Assembly: GCF_006345805.1 (NCBI RefSeq)
Contig: NC_043020.1
Coordinates: 8,742,001-8,806,000 of the forward strand
From: Octopus sinensis
Taxonomy: Eukaryota
Direction: 5' to 3'
Length of the DNA stretch: 64,000 nucleotides
In this document: positions 1-12,501 of the stretch, piece by piece
Numbering within the stretch: the stretch's first letter is position 1
How the letters are laid out: each line of letters begins with the position of its first letter
The notes under the pieces: generated by a model
The model's input: only the letters and a program-made list of their open reading frames with translations
What the model was told of the DNA's origin: nothing
Database searches by the model: none
Position numbers and translations under genes: made by a program

Positions 1-51
1 ATTGAGCGTGGCTGTTTATATTAATTTATATATATATATATATATATATAT

Positions 52-448
52 AGGCGCAGGAGTGGCTGTGTGGTAAGTAGCTTGCTAACCAACCACATGG
101 TTCCGGGTTCAGTCCCACTGCGTTGCATCTTGGACAAGTGTCTTCTGCTATAGCCCCGGGCCGACCAATGCCTTGTGAGTGGATTTGGTAGACGGAAACT
201 GAAAGCCTGTCGTATATATGTATATATATATATGTATGTGTGTGTTTGTGTGTCTGTGTTTGTGCCCCCAACATCGCTTGACAACTGATGCTGGTGTGTT
301 TAAGTCCCCGTCACTTAGCGGTTCGGCAAAAGAGACCGATAGAATAAGTACTGGGCTTACAAAAAGAATAAGTCCCGGGGTCGATTTGCTCAACCAAAGG
401 CGGTGCTCCAGCATGGCCGCAGTCAAATGACTGAAACAAGTAAAAGAG
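52..448 (+). mobile_element. tRNA-derived SINE, family A (my label), full length with internal (TA)n/(TG)n
   Basis: Head GGCGCAGGAGTGGCTGTGTGGTAAG..GGTTCAGTCCC (A/B boxes) and tail GAAACAAGTAAAAGAG; recurs more than 15 times in the window. Confidence 0.9.
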
Positions 449-780
449 TATATATATATTATATATATATATATATATACACAACAGGCTCCTCTCAGTT
501 TCCATCTATAAAATCCATTCACATGGCTTTGGTTTCTCAGGTGTTATAGTAGAAGACACTTGCCAAAGATGCCATACGGTGGGATTGAATCCATGTGGTT
601 AGGAGCAGAAATTCTTGACCACCCATCCATACCTAAGCCTATAACTGCATTTAAAAATCGAATTCTTTGCCCTGAGGTATCAACCACTCTTGGCCATTGC
701 AAGCCCACAGATCACCATCTCAAGCTTTTCTGGTGCCAACCTTTAGATATACACAATCTTCAAAATTCTTTCAATTCTCT

Positions 781-1145
781 GTGTGGTAAGTAGCTTGCTT
801 ACTAACCACATGGTTCCAGGTTCAGTCCCACTGCGTGGCACCTTGGGCAAGTGTCTTCTACTATAGCCTCGGGCCAACCAAAGCCTTGTGAGTGGATTTG
901 GTAGACGGAAACTGAAAGAAGCCCGTCATATATATATATGCATGTGTGTGTTTGTGTGTCTGTGTTTGTCCCCCTAGCATTGCTTGACAACCGATGCTGG
1001 TGTGTTTATGTCCCCGTTACTTAATGGTTCGGCAAAAGAGAATAAGTGCAGGGCTTACAAAAGAATAAGTCCCGGGGTCGAGTTGCTCGATTAAAGGCGG
1101 TGCTCCAGCATGGCCGCAGTCAAATGACTGAAACAAGTAAAAGAG
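781..1145 (+). mobile_element. SINE family A copy
   Basis: Near-identical to 52-448. Confidence 0.88.
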
Positions 1146-1754
1146 AAAAGAGAAAGAGAGAGTTCTTAATATTCTCATAGACTCATGCTCACCATATTAT
1201 CTTGAGAGATTGTTCTGGTACCCCATCGTGATCATCTTTGTCTTCTTCCTACTTGTTCCCACCCAGTTACATTATGTGGGGGTGGCCATGTATCTCCTCT
1301 TATAGTAAGACATCTGTGCCTGTCCCTCTATCACACTTTAGCCTCTCAACACCCAGCACAAAGCCACTGCCCTCTCTACTACACCACCCCATCAACTGAC
1401 GGTCTTTCTTTGTCTTTCTAGCTACTCCCATCCAACACATGTAACACAGGGTGGCCATGTAACTCCTCTTATAGTAAGACACCTCTGCCTAAACCCCCAA
1501 TCATACTTTAGCCTCTACACCTAGCATAAACCTACTTCCTCCTCCCTCCACACACAGTTGTGAGGGCATTTTCCTGTCCTTTTTCTGTCTTACAAGTTAC
1601 TTGGTGACTTCACTGGTGCTGGTGGCTAAAAAAAAAATGCATTCACCACACACTGAAGGGGTCGGCATTAGGAAGGACATCCAGGCAGAGAAACCATCCA
1701 AAGCTGATCTTGGGGGGGCTCAGCACAGCAAAGACCTACCGGATCTTCACAAAC

Positions 1755-1990
1755 CTATTTCTTTATTACCCACAAGGGGCTAAACACAGAGCGGACAAAC
1801 AAGGACAGACATAGGTATTAAGTCGATTCCATCGACCTCAGTGCGTAACTGGTACTTAATTTATCGACCCCGAAAGGATGAAAGGCAAAGTCGACCTCGG
1901 AGGAATTTGAACTCACAACGTAACGGCAGACAAAATACCGCTAAGCATTTCGCCCGGCGTGCTAACGTTTCTGCCAGCTCGCCGCCTTCT
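1755..1990 (-). mobile_element. tRNA-derived SINE family B (head AAGGCGGCGAGCTGGCAGAAACG, B box GAGTTCAAATTCC) nested in a family E SINE
   Basis: Duplicated ATCTTCACAAAC on both sides; many copies in the window (e.g. 11256-11480, 42930-43140, 48230-48462, 53229-53364, 60560-60780, 63130-63350). Confidence 0.85.
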
Positions 1991-2596
1991 TGCATCTTCA
2001 CAAACCGTCCAACCCATACAAGTAGGAGAGCTGCATAAAAAAGTACTGAGCTCTAATTGTGGAAGGAACCTGTGGAAGGGGTAGACCCAGGAAGACATGG
2101 GTTGAAGTGGTGAGAAAGCAGCTTTGGATGCTGAACCTCACTGAGGAAATGACAAGGGACCAGGAGTTGCAGCGATCTGCTGTACTTGAGAAAAAACACA
2201 CCAAGCCAAGTAGACACACTGCCTTCATATAAATACAGGCTTGTCCTTTACAGGTGCCGGTGCCACTTAAAAATGTACTCATACTGGCATTGCATAAACG
2301 CACCCGTACCAGTGGCACATAAAAGGTACCCAGCACACTCAGTAAATTGATTGGCGTTAAAAAGGGTATCCAAACATAGAAACCATGGCACAACAGACAA
2401 CTGGTGTCTGGTCAGCTCCTGTCATCAAACTGCCCAATGCTTGCCAGCATGGAAAAAGGATGTTAAATGACGATGATAAACTATATTCACTTTGAATTAT
2501 GTTGCGATAATATGTATGAAATTGTCTCAGGTTTGGTTTGTAATTCATCTGCAATAAATTTAAATTTGAAACCATTAAATAAAATAAAAATCCAAG

Positions 2597-3545
2597 GTAT
2601 GGTTGTGTGGTAAGAAGCTTGCTTACCTATTTCTTTACTACTCACAAGGGGCTAAACATAGAGGGGACAAACAAGGACAGACATAGGTATTAAGTCGATT
2701 ACATCGACCCCAGTGCGTAACTGGTACTTAATTTATCGACCCCGAAAGGATGAAAGGCAAAGTCGATCTCAGCGGAATTTGAACTCAGAACGTAGCGCCA
2801 GACGAAATACCTATTTCTTTACTACCCACAAGGGGCTAAACATAGAGGGGACAAACAAGGACAGACATAGGTATTAAGTCGATTACATCGACCCCAGTGC
2901 GTAACTGGTACTTAATTTATCGACCCCGAAAGGATGAAAGGCAAAGTCGACCTCGGCGGAATTTGAACTCACAACGTAGCGCCAGACGAAATACCGCTAA
3001 GCATTTCGCCCGGCGTGCTAACGTTTCTGCCAGCTCACCGCCTTAAGAAGCTTGCTTACCAACCACATGATCCCACGTTCAGTCCCACTGCGTGGCACCT
3101 TGGGCATGTGTCTTCTATAGCCTTGGGCCGACCAAAGCCCTGTGAGTGAATTTGGTACACGGAAAGTGAAAGTAGCCTGGACACTACTAATGTACAGAGG
3201 TCACGATATGAAGGGGAGGGTTGGTTTTAGGGTGGGTCAGGGTGTCATTACATGTCCACATAGCGTACAGTTAAAATGCTTTGTACGTAACCCCTGTATT
3301 TAAGTAGTACCGAAGCCTGTCTATATACATATATGTGTGAGGTGTTTCCAACTCACCACCACCACTTGACAACCGGTATTGTGTTTTTGTTCACCGTAAC
3401 TTAGCGTTTCGGCAAAAGAGACCAATAGAATAAGAACTAAGCTTAAGAAACAAGCCCTGGGATCGATTTATTATACTAAAAACCCTTTAAGGCGGTACTC
3501 CAGCATGGCCACAGTCAAAACGACTGAAACAAGTAAAAGAATTAA
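2597..3545 (+). mobile_element. SINE family A copy interrupted by a family B SINE (2627-3043, minus) and a ~130-bp insert (3180-3311)
   Basis: 16-bp target-site duplication TAAGAAGCTTGCTTAC at 2611-2626 and 3044-3059. Confidence 0.85.
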
Positions 3546-4109
3546 ATAGAAACGGCCAGTGATCTTAACGTTGTCCTCGATCAGAACTGATTTGTGGCTA
3601 AATTCTTGGTTAATTCTTTCAGACGGGTGGTCAGGGTTGGAACGCTTCAAATCATAACTTTATCTCGATCTGACATGACCTGGGACTAAACGTAAGAGCC
3701 GTAGTTTGTTTCGAAACAATGAATACAACATATCTAATTAACGAAAAAGCAAACACCAAAATGAATTGGACTACGAAAATATTTATTTTTATAATTCTGA
3801 TCAAAACCGTCCCGAAAGATTACCGCATATATTTTATATACAGCAACGAATTTGGTACACGAAATTCATTTTAATAAAAGTCATCAACCACTTTGGTCGT
3901 TTAATTGCTTCTAGTCTAACAAATAAGCCGCCAGACATTATACATACATACATGCATACCACATATATATATATAATAATAAATCTCAACTAATTACTAA
4001 CGCCGAAAGTGCCCAGACTGAATGATTATATATGCACGTATCACAACACTCCACGCTGTTTTCGCGCCGGTATATATATATATACACGAAAAGGGTGACG
4101 AAGAACAAA

Positions 4110-4312
4110 ACCTGTGTGTGTGTGTGTACACATACATACACACATATATATACACACACACACACACACACATATATATACATACAGACATATATACACA
4201 CACACACACATATATACATACAGACATATATATATACACACACACATATATACATACAGACATATATATACACACACCACACACATATATATATATACAC
4301 TCACACACACAG

Positions 4313-4345
<33 letters not shown>

Positions 4346-4350
4346 GATAT

Positions 4351-4394
<44 letters not shown>

Positions 4395-4407
4395 CATATA
4401 TATATAT

Positions 4408-4452
<45 letters not shown>

Positions 4453-4512
4453 CATATATATACACACACACACACACACATATATACACACACACATATA
4501 TATACACACACA

Positions 4513-4560
<48 letters not shown>

Positions 4561-4783
4561 GATAGATACACCTCACACACAAAGAGTGTGTATATAAACC
4601 TATAAGTTTTTGTGTGTGTGAACTTTATATTAATAGATGTGTGTGTTAATGTTTGTTTTTATGTTCAGTTGTAACAATTAATTTTACATTAATAAAATGC
4701 GTTACTCTACACTTTTGTAGAGCAAAAATTTATTATTCTTCAACAACATTATTGACAGTGACTTCGAAATTTCGGCGGACTGT

Positions 4784-4820
<37 letters not shown>

Positions 4821-5075
4821 TATGTGTGTGTGTATCAACGATTTAGCAATAAATTGAAAGGACACTTGCATACTTTTATTTGTCTTTTTTTGTTTTAGTT
4901 AGAATATTAATTTTTATAGGATGAACGTTCATAGTGACTTCGAAGTTCCATTAGGTTGCCAAGTCAAAAGTTGGAAGTCACTGTAAATTCATTGTAAATG
5001 CTAACAAATAAACACACACGTAGATGTGAATATTATATATATGTAAATGTATACACATCTGTTTGTGTGTGTATG

Positions 5076-5134
<59 letters not shown>

Positions 5135-5395
5135 ATATATATATACATACATGTATAAATATATATACATACATGTATAAATATATATACATACATGTAT
5201 ATATATATACATACATGTATATATATATATACATACATGTATATATATATACATACATGTATATATATATACATACATAAATATATATATACATACATAA
5301 ATATATATATACATACATAAATATAATATACATGTATGTATGTATGTATGTATGTATGTATGTATGTATGTATGTATGTATGTATGTATGTATAT
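4110..5395. repeat. Compound (TA)n/(CA)n/(TACA)n/(TATG)n microsatellite fields
   Basis: Direct observation; similar fields at 8335-8835, 26975-27782 and 30686-31122. Confidence 0.95.
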
Positions 5396-5542
5396 TAATC
5401 AGCCGAAATTGCGAAGATGATCTGGTTCTTGACTGATGACTGAGAGCTTCGAAAGTCCCGTCTGTGTGTTTTTTTTTGCCGTCTTCAAAATGTTTCATCA
5501 CGTTCTTGTCCCCGTTTGTGTTTTTTTTTAACGTTTACCTAT

Positions 5543-5641
5543 NNNNNNNNNNNNNNNNNNNNNNNNNNNNNNNNNNNNNNNNNNNNNNNNNNNNNNNNNN
5601 NNNNNNNNNNNNNNNNNNNNNNNNNNNNNNNNNNNNNNNNN
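5543..5641. other. Assembly gap (run of N)
   Basis: Direct observation. Confidence 1.
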
Positions 5642-5642
5642 N

Positions 5643-5679
<37 letters not shown>

Positions 5680-6792
5680 GTTTGTCCCTCCCACCATCGC
5701 TGACAGCCAATGTTGGTGGTTTATGTCCCCATAACTTAGTGGTTCGGCAAACGTGACCAACAGAATAAGTTGTAGGCTTACAAAGAATAAGTCCTGGAGT
5801 TGATTTATTCGACTAAAGGTGGTGCTCCAGCATGGCAGCAGTCAAATGACTGAAACAAAAAGAAAAAAAAAACTAAAAAGAAACCTATTTCCAGAGAGTC
5901 AGGAGGAAGAGTAATTTTTGCGCAGGGCCAGCAATTTTAGAGGAGGGGGGTCAGTCAATTACATCAACCCTGATGGTCAACTGGTACTGCGTACAGCATG
6001 TGGTGTTAATCATTGGATGGATGGATGGCTGGACGATTCTTTGTCAGTTTTAACAATAAGAATTCAGTCGTTTGATCTCAACTGAGTTACCTACACCTGA
6101 ATTAAATATATAACTGGCCGAATATTCCACAGAACCATGTGCCCTCAATATCTTTTACACAACCACCTCCACCACCTTCATAATATATAAAACTACCAAC
6201 AACTGGACTTATAAATTTAAATTTAAATTTCTCAAAGAATCCAAGAATTTTCCAGAAGTATTTTCCAGTGAAATAAGACGACAATCTCCGTAATTATGTA
6301 TTTCCTGTGACAAGCCTCCGTTAATGTCCAACAAATAAATTAGGTTGGGGTCAACCACCAGACAACAACTTAAGACAGATTTATTGACGTCCTTTAAAAT
6401 CTGCTGACCAAATCAAGTGGCTCTCCTCTTTAAAACACACACGTTCACACGTACAAATTATATATATATATATATGTACTTTTGATATTTATATTAAAAA
6501 AAAAAATAAATAAATAAAAAAAAAATTTTAAAAATTAATAAATAAAATTACATATAAATATAAAAATATACATACATATATATATATATTATATATAATT
6601 TGTATATATATATTTAAAATTTATAAGTTTAAATATTTAAATAATTTTTTTAATTTTTAACTTTTATATTTTTAAATTAATTTTATTTTGTATTGCTTAG
6701 GTTTTTCACTGTTTGATTTGCCTAATAGTGGTTTTATCTCTAATTTAATATAATATATATATATATATATAATATATATATATAATATTATC

Positions 6793-6825
<33 letters not shown>

Positions 6826-6828
6826 ATA

Positions 6829-7062
6829 TATTCTGTTGTGTCTGGGGAGAGTCATTGTCCTTCAGTGCTTTATAATTAAAACACTCACCGGTAAAGTTTC
6901 CACTAGTTGACTTATTTATTTTTCCTAAAACTTTTGTTACGTCTTGCATCCTTTTCAAAAGATGAAACAAAAATTTTAGGTAAAATAAATAAGTCAACGA
7001 GTGTGAGTGTGTTAAATTATAAGGCACAAAAGAGAATGACTCTCCCCAGACACAACAGAATA
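6829..7062. mobile_element. MITE with long terminal inverted repeats (TA-flanked)
   Basis: TATTCTGTTGTGTCTGGGGAGAGTCATT ... AATGACTCTCCCCAGACACAACAGAATA; second copy at about 12915-13098. Confidence 0.8.
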
Positions 7063-7651
7063 TGCTTCAACACACGAACTCATATAAAGAATCTTGCAAA
7101 CCAAATCCAAAAACAAAATATATATATATATATAGAGAGAGGGAGAGAGAGAGAAAGAGGGAGAGAGAGAGAAAGAGATAGATAGATAGAATGATAGATA
7201 CATACAAATATGTGTGCGTTGTACATGCACACAAATATATATATCATCATCATCATCATCATCGTTTAATGTCCGTTTTCCGCGCTAGCATGGGTTGGAC
7301 GGTTCGACCGGGGTCTGGGAAGCCAGGGGCCGCTCCAGGCTCCAGTCTGATCTGGCAGAGTTTCTACGGCTGGATGCCCTTCCTAACGCCAACCACTCCG
7401 TGAGTGGAGTGGGTGCTTTTTACGTGCCACCTGCACAGGGGCCGGGGGGTCCGGCATCGGTCGCGATCGGTTCGAGCTTTTAACGTGCCAGCTGCACGGG
7501 GGCAACGGGATCCGGGGTACTTTGGGGATCTGGGGTACTTTGGGGATCCGGGGTACTTTGAATGGGTAGGGGTGGGGAAGGTTGGGGGGTAAGGAGGAAC
7601 GATGGCAGGAAGGGTTGGTGCAGGTTCGTAAGAAATATGTATATATATATA

Positions 7652-8047
7652 GTCTTTTACTCTTTTACTTGTTTCAGTCATTTGACTGCGGCCATGCTGG
7701 AGCACCGCCTTTAGTCGAGCAAATCGACCCTGGCACTTATTCTTTGTAAGCCCAGTACTTATTCTATCGGTCTCTTTTGCCGAACCGCTAAGTGACGGGG
7801 ACGTAAACACACCAGCATCGGTTGTCAAGCAATGCTAGGGGGACAAACACAGACACACAAACACACACATACTATATACATATATACGACAGGCTTCTTA
7901 CAGTTTCCGTCTACCAATTCCACTCACAAGGCATTGGTCGGCCTGGGGCTATAGCAGAAGACACTTGCCCAAGATGCCACGCAGTGGGACTGAACCCGGA
8001 ACCATGTGGCTGGTTAGCAAGCTACTTACCACACAGCCACTCCTGCG

Positions 8048-8050
<3 letters not shown>
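7652..8050 (-). mobile_element. SINE family A copy
   Basis: Reverse complement of the family A consensus. Confidence 0.9.
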
Positions 8051-8086
<36 letters not shown>

Positions 8087-8352
8087 GTACATACATACAT
8101 ACATACATACATACATACATGCATACATACGTGTACTTACACACATACATACGTACATATATATGACGAACTAACTGTTACTTTCTCAGATGCAGCATGG
8201 ATTTTTGTCAGTGAACAGGTCGCGGATTTTAGCGACGAAAATATTTTGACAAATTAAACTTAAATGTTGAAGGGAATCGAACGGCTTTTGTGTGTTTCTT
8301 AAATGGCTTACAAACACCTTCCATGCTGCAATTGTATATTATATATATACAC

Positions 8353-8384
<32 letters not shown>

Positions 8385-8510
8385 GTATATATATGTATAT
8401 AAATATATATGTATATATATGTATATATATATGTATATATATGTATATATATTATATGTATATATATATGTATATATATATATGTATAGATATATATATG
8501 CATATATGTA

Positions 8511-8542
<32 letters not shown>

Positions 8543-8606
8543 CACACACACACTATATATACACACACACACACATACACACACGCATGCACGCACACAC
8601 ATATAT

Positions 8607-8671
<65 letters not shown>

Positions 8672-8726
8672 CACACACACACATATATATACACACACAC
8701 ACATACACGCACGCACACACATATAT

Positions 8727-8822
<96 letters not shown>

Positions 8823-9213
8823 AATATATATATATACAATTGCAGCGTGGAAGGTGTTTGTAAGCCATTTAAGAAACACACAAAAGCCGTTCGATTCCCT
8901 TCAACATTTAAGTTTAATTTGTCAAAATATTTTCGTCGCTAAAATCCGCGACCTGTTCACTGACAAAAATCCATGCTGCATCTGAGAAAGTAACAGTTAG
9001 TTCGTCATATATATGTACGTATGTATGTGTGTAAGTACACGTATGTATGCATGTATGTATGTATGTATGTATGTACATACGCCAGTGTATGCATGTATGT
9101 ATGTATATATGTATGTGTGTGTATATGCACACACATACACACTATAAACATAAAGCTATAAATCTGTAGTGATGGATAGATGTAGAGTGACCACTCATCA
9201 CAATAATATCAAA

Positions 9214-9257
<44 letters not shown>

Positions 9258-9258
<1 letters not shown>

Positions 9259-9600
9259 ATAAAGAGAATAGAAAGTGCCACATAATTGACTTCACAGTTC
9301 CAAATGATGAAAACATCAATATGAGAGGTATAGAAGAAATATCAAAGTACCAAGACCCAGCCATTGAATCAGGGACTTTGGAAAGTGTATCCCAGTAGTT
9401 ATAGGTGCATTGAGAACTATCCCTAAAGATCTGAACAGATGGATAGAGGAAATAGGCATAAAACCCTGTTTCAGTACAGCTCCAGAAAACAGTGTTATTA
9501 GGGAGAGCTAGGATAGTTGGGAGGGTTCTTGGTATCTAAGGTTACTTGTTGTAGTCTGATGTTAGGAATTTTTCTTGTCCAACAGTCTAATCTGTTGTGT
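9258..9600 (+). mobile_element. R4/Dong-like LINE 3' fragment (restriction-like endonuclease region), frameshifted
   Basis: DKENRKCHIIDFTVPNDENI..K.KYQD..IE / IPVVIGALRTIPKDL..W / VQLQKTVLLGRARI..RVLGI* (TAA 9537-39); starts directly after (AGT)n. Confidence 0.75.
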
Positions 9601-9914
9601 GTACATGAATAGCAATACTAGGCACTGCACACATCCTTCGTAAAGCACTTTCAATACAGTGAAAATAAGAACACCACAACAAACCACAGCACATAGCCAA
9701 GGCACACAGAGCTGTGCTCAGTAGTGCAGTGAAAGCATGTGATAAAAACAAAACTACTGAATAATGATGATGATGATGATAATAATAATTCTTTCTGCTG
9801 GAAGCGCAAGACCTCAAATTTAGGGGAAGGGATTAAGTTGATTACATTGACCCCAGTGCATAACTGGTACTTACTTAATCGACACCGAAAGGATGAAAGG
9901 CAAAGTCAACCTCG

Positions 9915-10518
9915 ACAGCTCTGACCAACCATTGCCCCAAATTGTAACCTAGACCATCACAGAATAGCTGCCATGTTTCATTGTTGGCTGCAATCTTTTT
10001 ACATCAAATTCTTTATCATAGTCTCTAAGCCCACACTTGAACAGTGTCAAGAAATACAGCAAATCTGGATTCATCAGAGCATATGACAGTGTCCCAAAAT
10101 GCTAGTGGCCTCTCCACCGTCTCACTGGCCCAAACTCTTCTCCGCATGGTATTTGCTGGTTGAGGAAGTGGCTTCCTTCTTGCTGCTCTGTCATAATAGC
10201 TAAGTTTGTGGAGATATCTGACAGCTGTTCTGGGACTGACATCAACTTGTTCTGTTATGTTAGAGGTTTTGCAATGAGGATTATCCTCCTCACTTCTCTT
10301 AGCAAAGAGGAGGGTCCTGTCAGAGGGCCCTGGTTGATCTGGGCAAGGTGATGTGGACTCCTTCCCCTCTTTGGTGAATTGCACAATCACCCTATTAATT
10401 GTAGAAAGTGAGATCCCAAGGTTTTCTGCAATTTTATGCTATTTCTACCTTCAGAATGACCCACAATATGGCCTCTATGTAATTCAGACAGTTCCAAGAC
10501 GTTTCTTGTACCTGGCAT
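9915..10518 (-). pseudogene. Tc1-family transposase relic (N-terminal half)
   Basis: ARRKPL...RR.WA..FWDTVICSDESRF, followed by LQPTMKHGSYSVMV*; stops and frameshifts present; ATG at 10518-10516. Confidence 0.85.
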
Positions 10519-10529
10519 GATTAAACAGT

Positions 10530-10900
10530 CACATGGTTCCGGGTTCAGTCCCACTGCGTGGCATCTTGGGCTATAGCCCCGGCTATAGTCTTCTGCTATA
10601 GCCCCGGGCCGACCAATGCCTTGTGAGTGGATTTGGTAGACGGAAACTGAAAGAAGCCTGTCGTATTATATGTATATATATGTATGTGTGTTTGTTTGTG
10701 TGTCTGTGTTTGTCCCCCTAGCATTGCTTGACAACCGATGCTGGTGTGTTTACGTCCCCGTTACTTAGCGGTTCGGCAAAAAGAGACCGTTAGAATAAGT
10801 ACTGGGCTTACAAAAAGAATAAGTCCCGGGGTCGAGTTGCTCGATTAAAGGCGGTGCTCCTGCATGGCCCCAGTCAAATGACTGAAACAAGTAAAAGAGT
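10530..10900 (+). mobile_element. SINE family A copy
   Basis: Matches the consensus. Confidence 0.88.
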
Positions 10901-11178
10901 ATATAGAACCTGAAACATAAAAACGTCAATTAATAAAAAATATAAACTTTTACAAGTCAGAATAAACCTAAAGCAATGTTTCCTGTTGATATACATTTAT
11001 GAATTTGTTTTGTAAAATTTCTGATGTGAAATCGTGTCTTGGAACAGATATTGTTATATTTTGGGATGGTCAATCCTTTTATTTTTTTCCTGCCAAATAA
11101 ATATAGTGTGTGTGTGTTTATTTGGCAAAACAGGAAAAAAGAAAAAGGACCATCCTGAACTATAACAATATATGTATG

Positions 11179-11228
<50 letters not shown>

Positions 11229-11231
<3 letters not shown>

Positions 11232-11840
11232 AGGTGCAATGGCCCAGTGGTTAGGGCAGTTGGCAGAAACGTTAGCACGCCGGGCGAAATGCTTAGCGGT
11301 ATTTTGTCTGCCGCTATGTTCTGAGTTCAAATTCTGCTGAGGTCGACTTTGCCTTTCATCCTTTCGGGGTCGATTAAATAAGTACCAGTTATGCACTGGG
11401 GTCGATGTAATCGACTTAGTCTGTTTGTCTGTCCTTGTTTGTTCTCTCTGTGTTTAGCCCCTTGTGGGTAGTAAAGAAATAGGTTATGGCAGTGGACTTG
11501 TGGTTATAGGATCATGGTTTCGATTCCTAGATTGGACGTTGTGAGTGTTGATTGAGCGAAAACACCTAAAGCTTCACAAGGCTCCTGCAGGGGATGGTGG
11601 CGAGCCCTGCTGTACTCTTTCACCACAACTTTCGCTCACACTTTCTTCCTGTTTCTGTTGTACCTGTATTTCAAAGGGCCAGCCTTGTCACACTCTGTGT
11701 CATGCTGAATCTCCCCCAAGAATTACGTTAAGGGTACACGTGTCTGTGGAGTGCTCAGCTACTTGTACATTAATTTCACAATCAGGCTGTTCTGTTGATT
11801 GTATCAACTGGAACCCTCATCATCGTAACTGACAGAGTGC
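11229..11840 (+). mobile_element. tRNA-derived SINE family C interrupted by a family B copy (11260-11480)
   Basis: Head GGAGG(C/T)GCAATGGCCCAGTGGTTAGGGCAG; imperfect duplication GGTTAGGGCAG/GGTTATGGCAG around the insert. Confidence 0.8.
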
Positions 11841-12389
11841 CACGAATTCCATGTATTTGTGCTTCGCACTTCTTTGTTGTACACGTTTCATGACGTCCTG
11901 TGCCCACATATATACTTTTAGATGTAAGTATGTACATATAAGTATGTATATATGCATATATATATTATTTATATTATTATTATTATTATTATATATGATG
12001 GGCTTTGTTTAGTTTCTGTCTACCAAATCCCCTGACAAGGCATTGGTCAGCCTGAGGATATTGTGGAAGACACCTGTTCAAGGTGCCCTCCAAAAAGACT
12101 GAACCCCAAACCATATGGCTTAGAAGCAAATTTCTTACCAAACAGCCATGAAATGGTCAGTCAATGCCAGTTTAATGTAATTAGAAAAACAAACACTGGT
12201 GAACTAATATCGACACAATATTTAAACTGACCACATCCAGCCAAAATATTCTGTCTGTTTTATATTCAAATTGGCCAGATTCAGCCTTTCACATCTGCCC
12301 CAGCGAGCTGGCAGAATCCGTAGCAGTGTCATATGAAATTGTCACCCATAATTATAACCCTGTATTGATCTATTGCATTTCAATCTGTT

Positions 12390-12501
12390 TTAGGATTAGG
12401 GTTAGTTAGAGTTAGGGTTAGGGGTGGGGTTAGAGTTAGGGTTAGGGTTAGGGGTGGGGTTAGAGTTAGGGTTAGGTTCTGGGTTAGGGGTGGGGGAAGG
12501 G
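12390..12501 (+). repeat. Interstitial degenerate TTAGGG/GGGGTGGGG tract, probably part of a DNA-transposon-like repeat
   Basis: Several TTAGGG units mixed with TTAGAG and GGGGTGGGG. Confidence 0.7.

Noticed and set aside
52-130. tRNA gene candidates at SINE heads
   Set aside because: They have A/B boxes but run into SINE bodies with no complete cloverleaf.
5433-5462. Second hammerhead candidate (CTGATGA...GAAA...GTC)
   Set aside because: Stem III and stem I cannot pair properly (G.G next to the core).
6102-6284. 60-aa ORF as possible NUMT or exon
   Set aside because: No recognisable mitochondrial or nuclear protein motif and no convincing splice pair.
3986-9132. Many YI/HT/CV-rich ORFs (also at 25588-27715 and 30622-31125)
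   Set aside because: Translations of (TA)n/(CA)n microsatellites.
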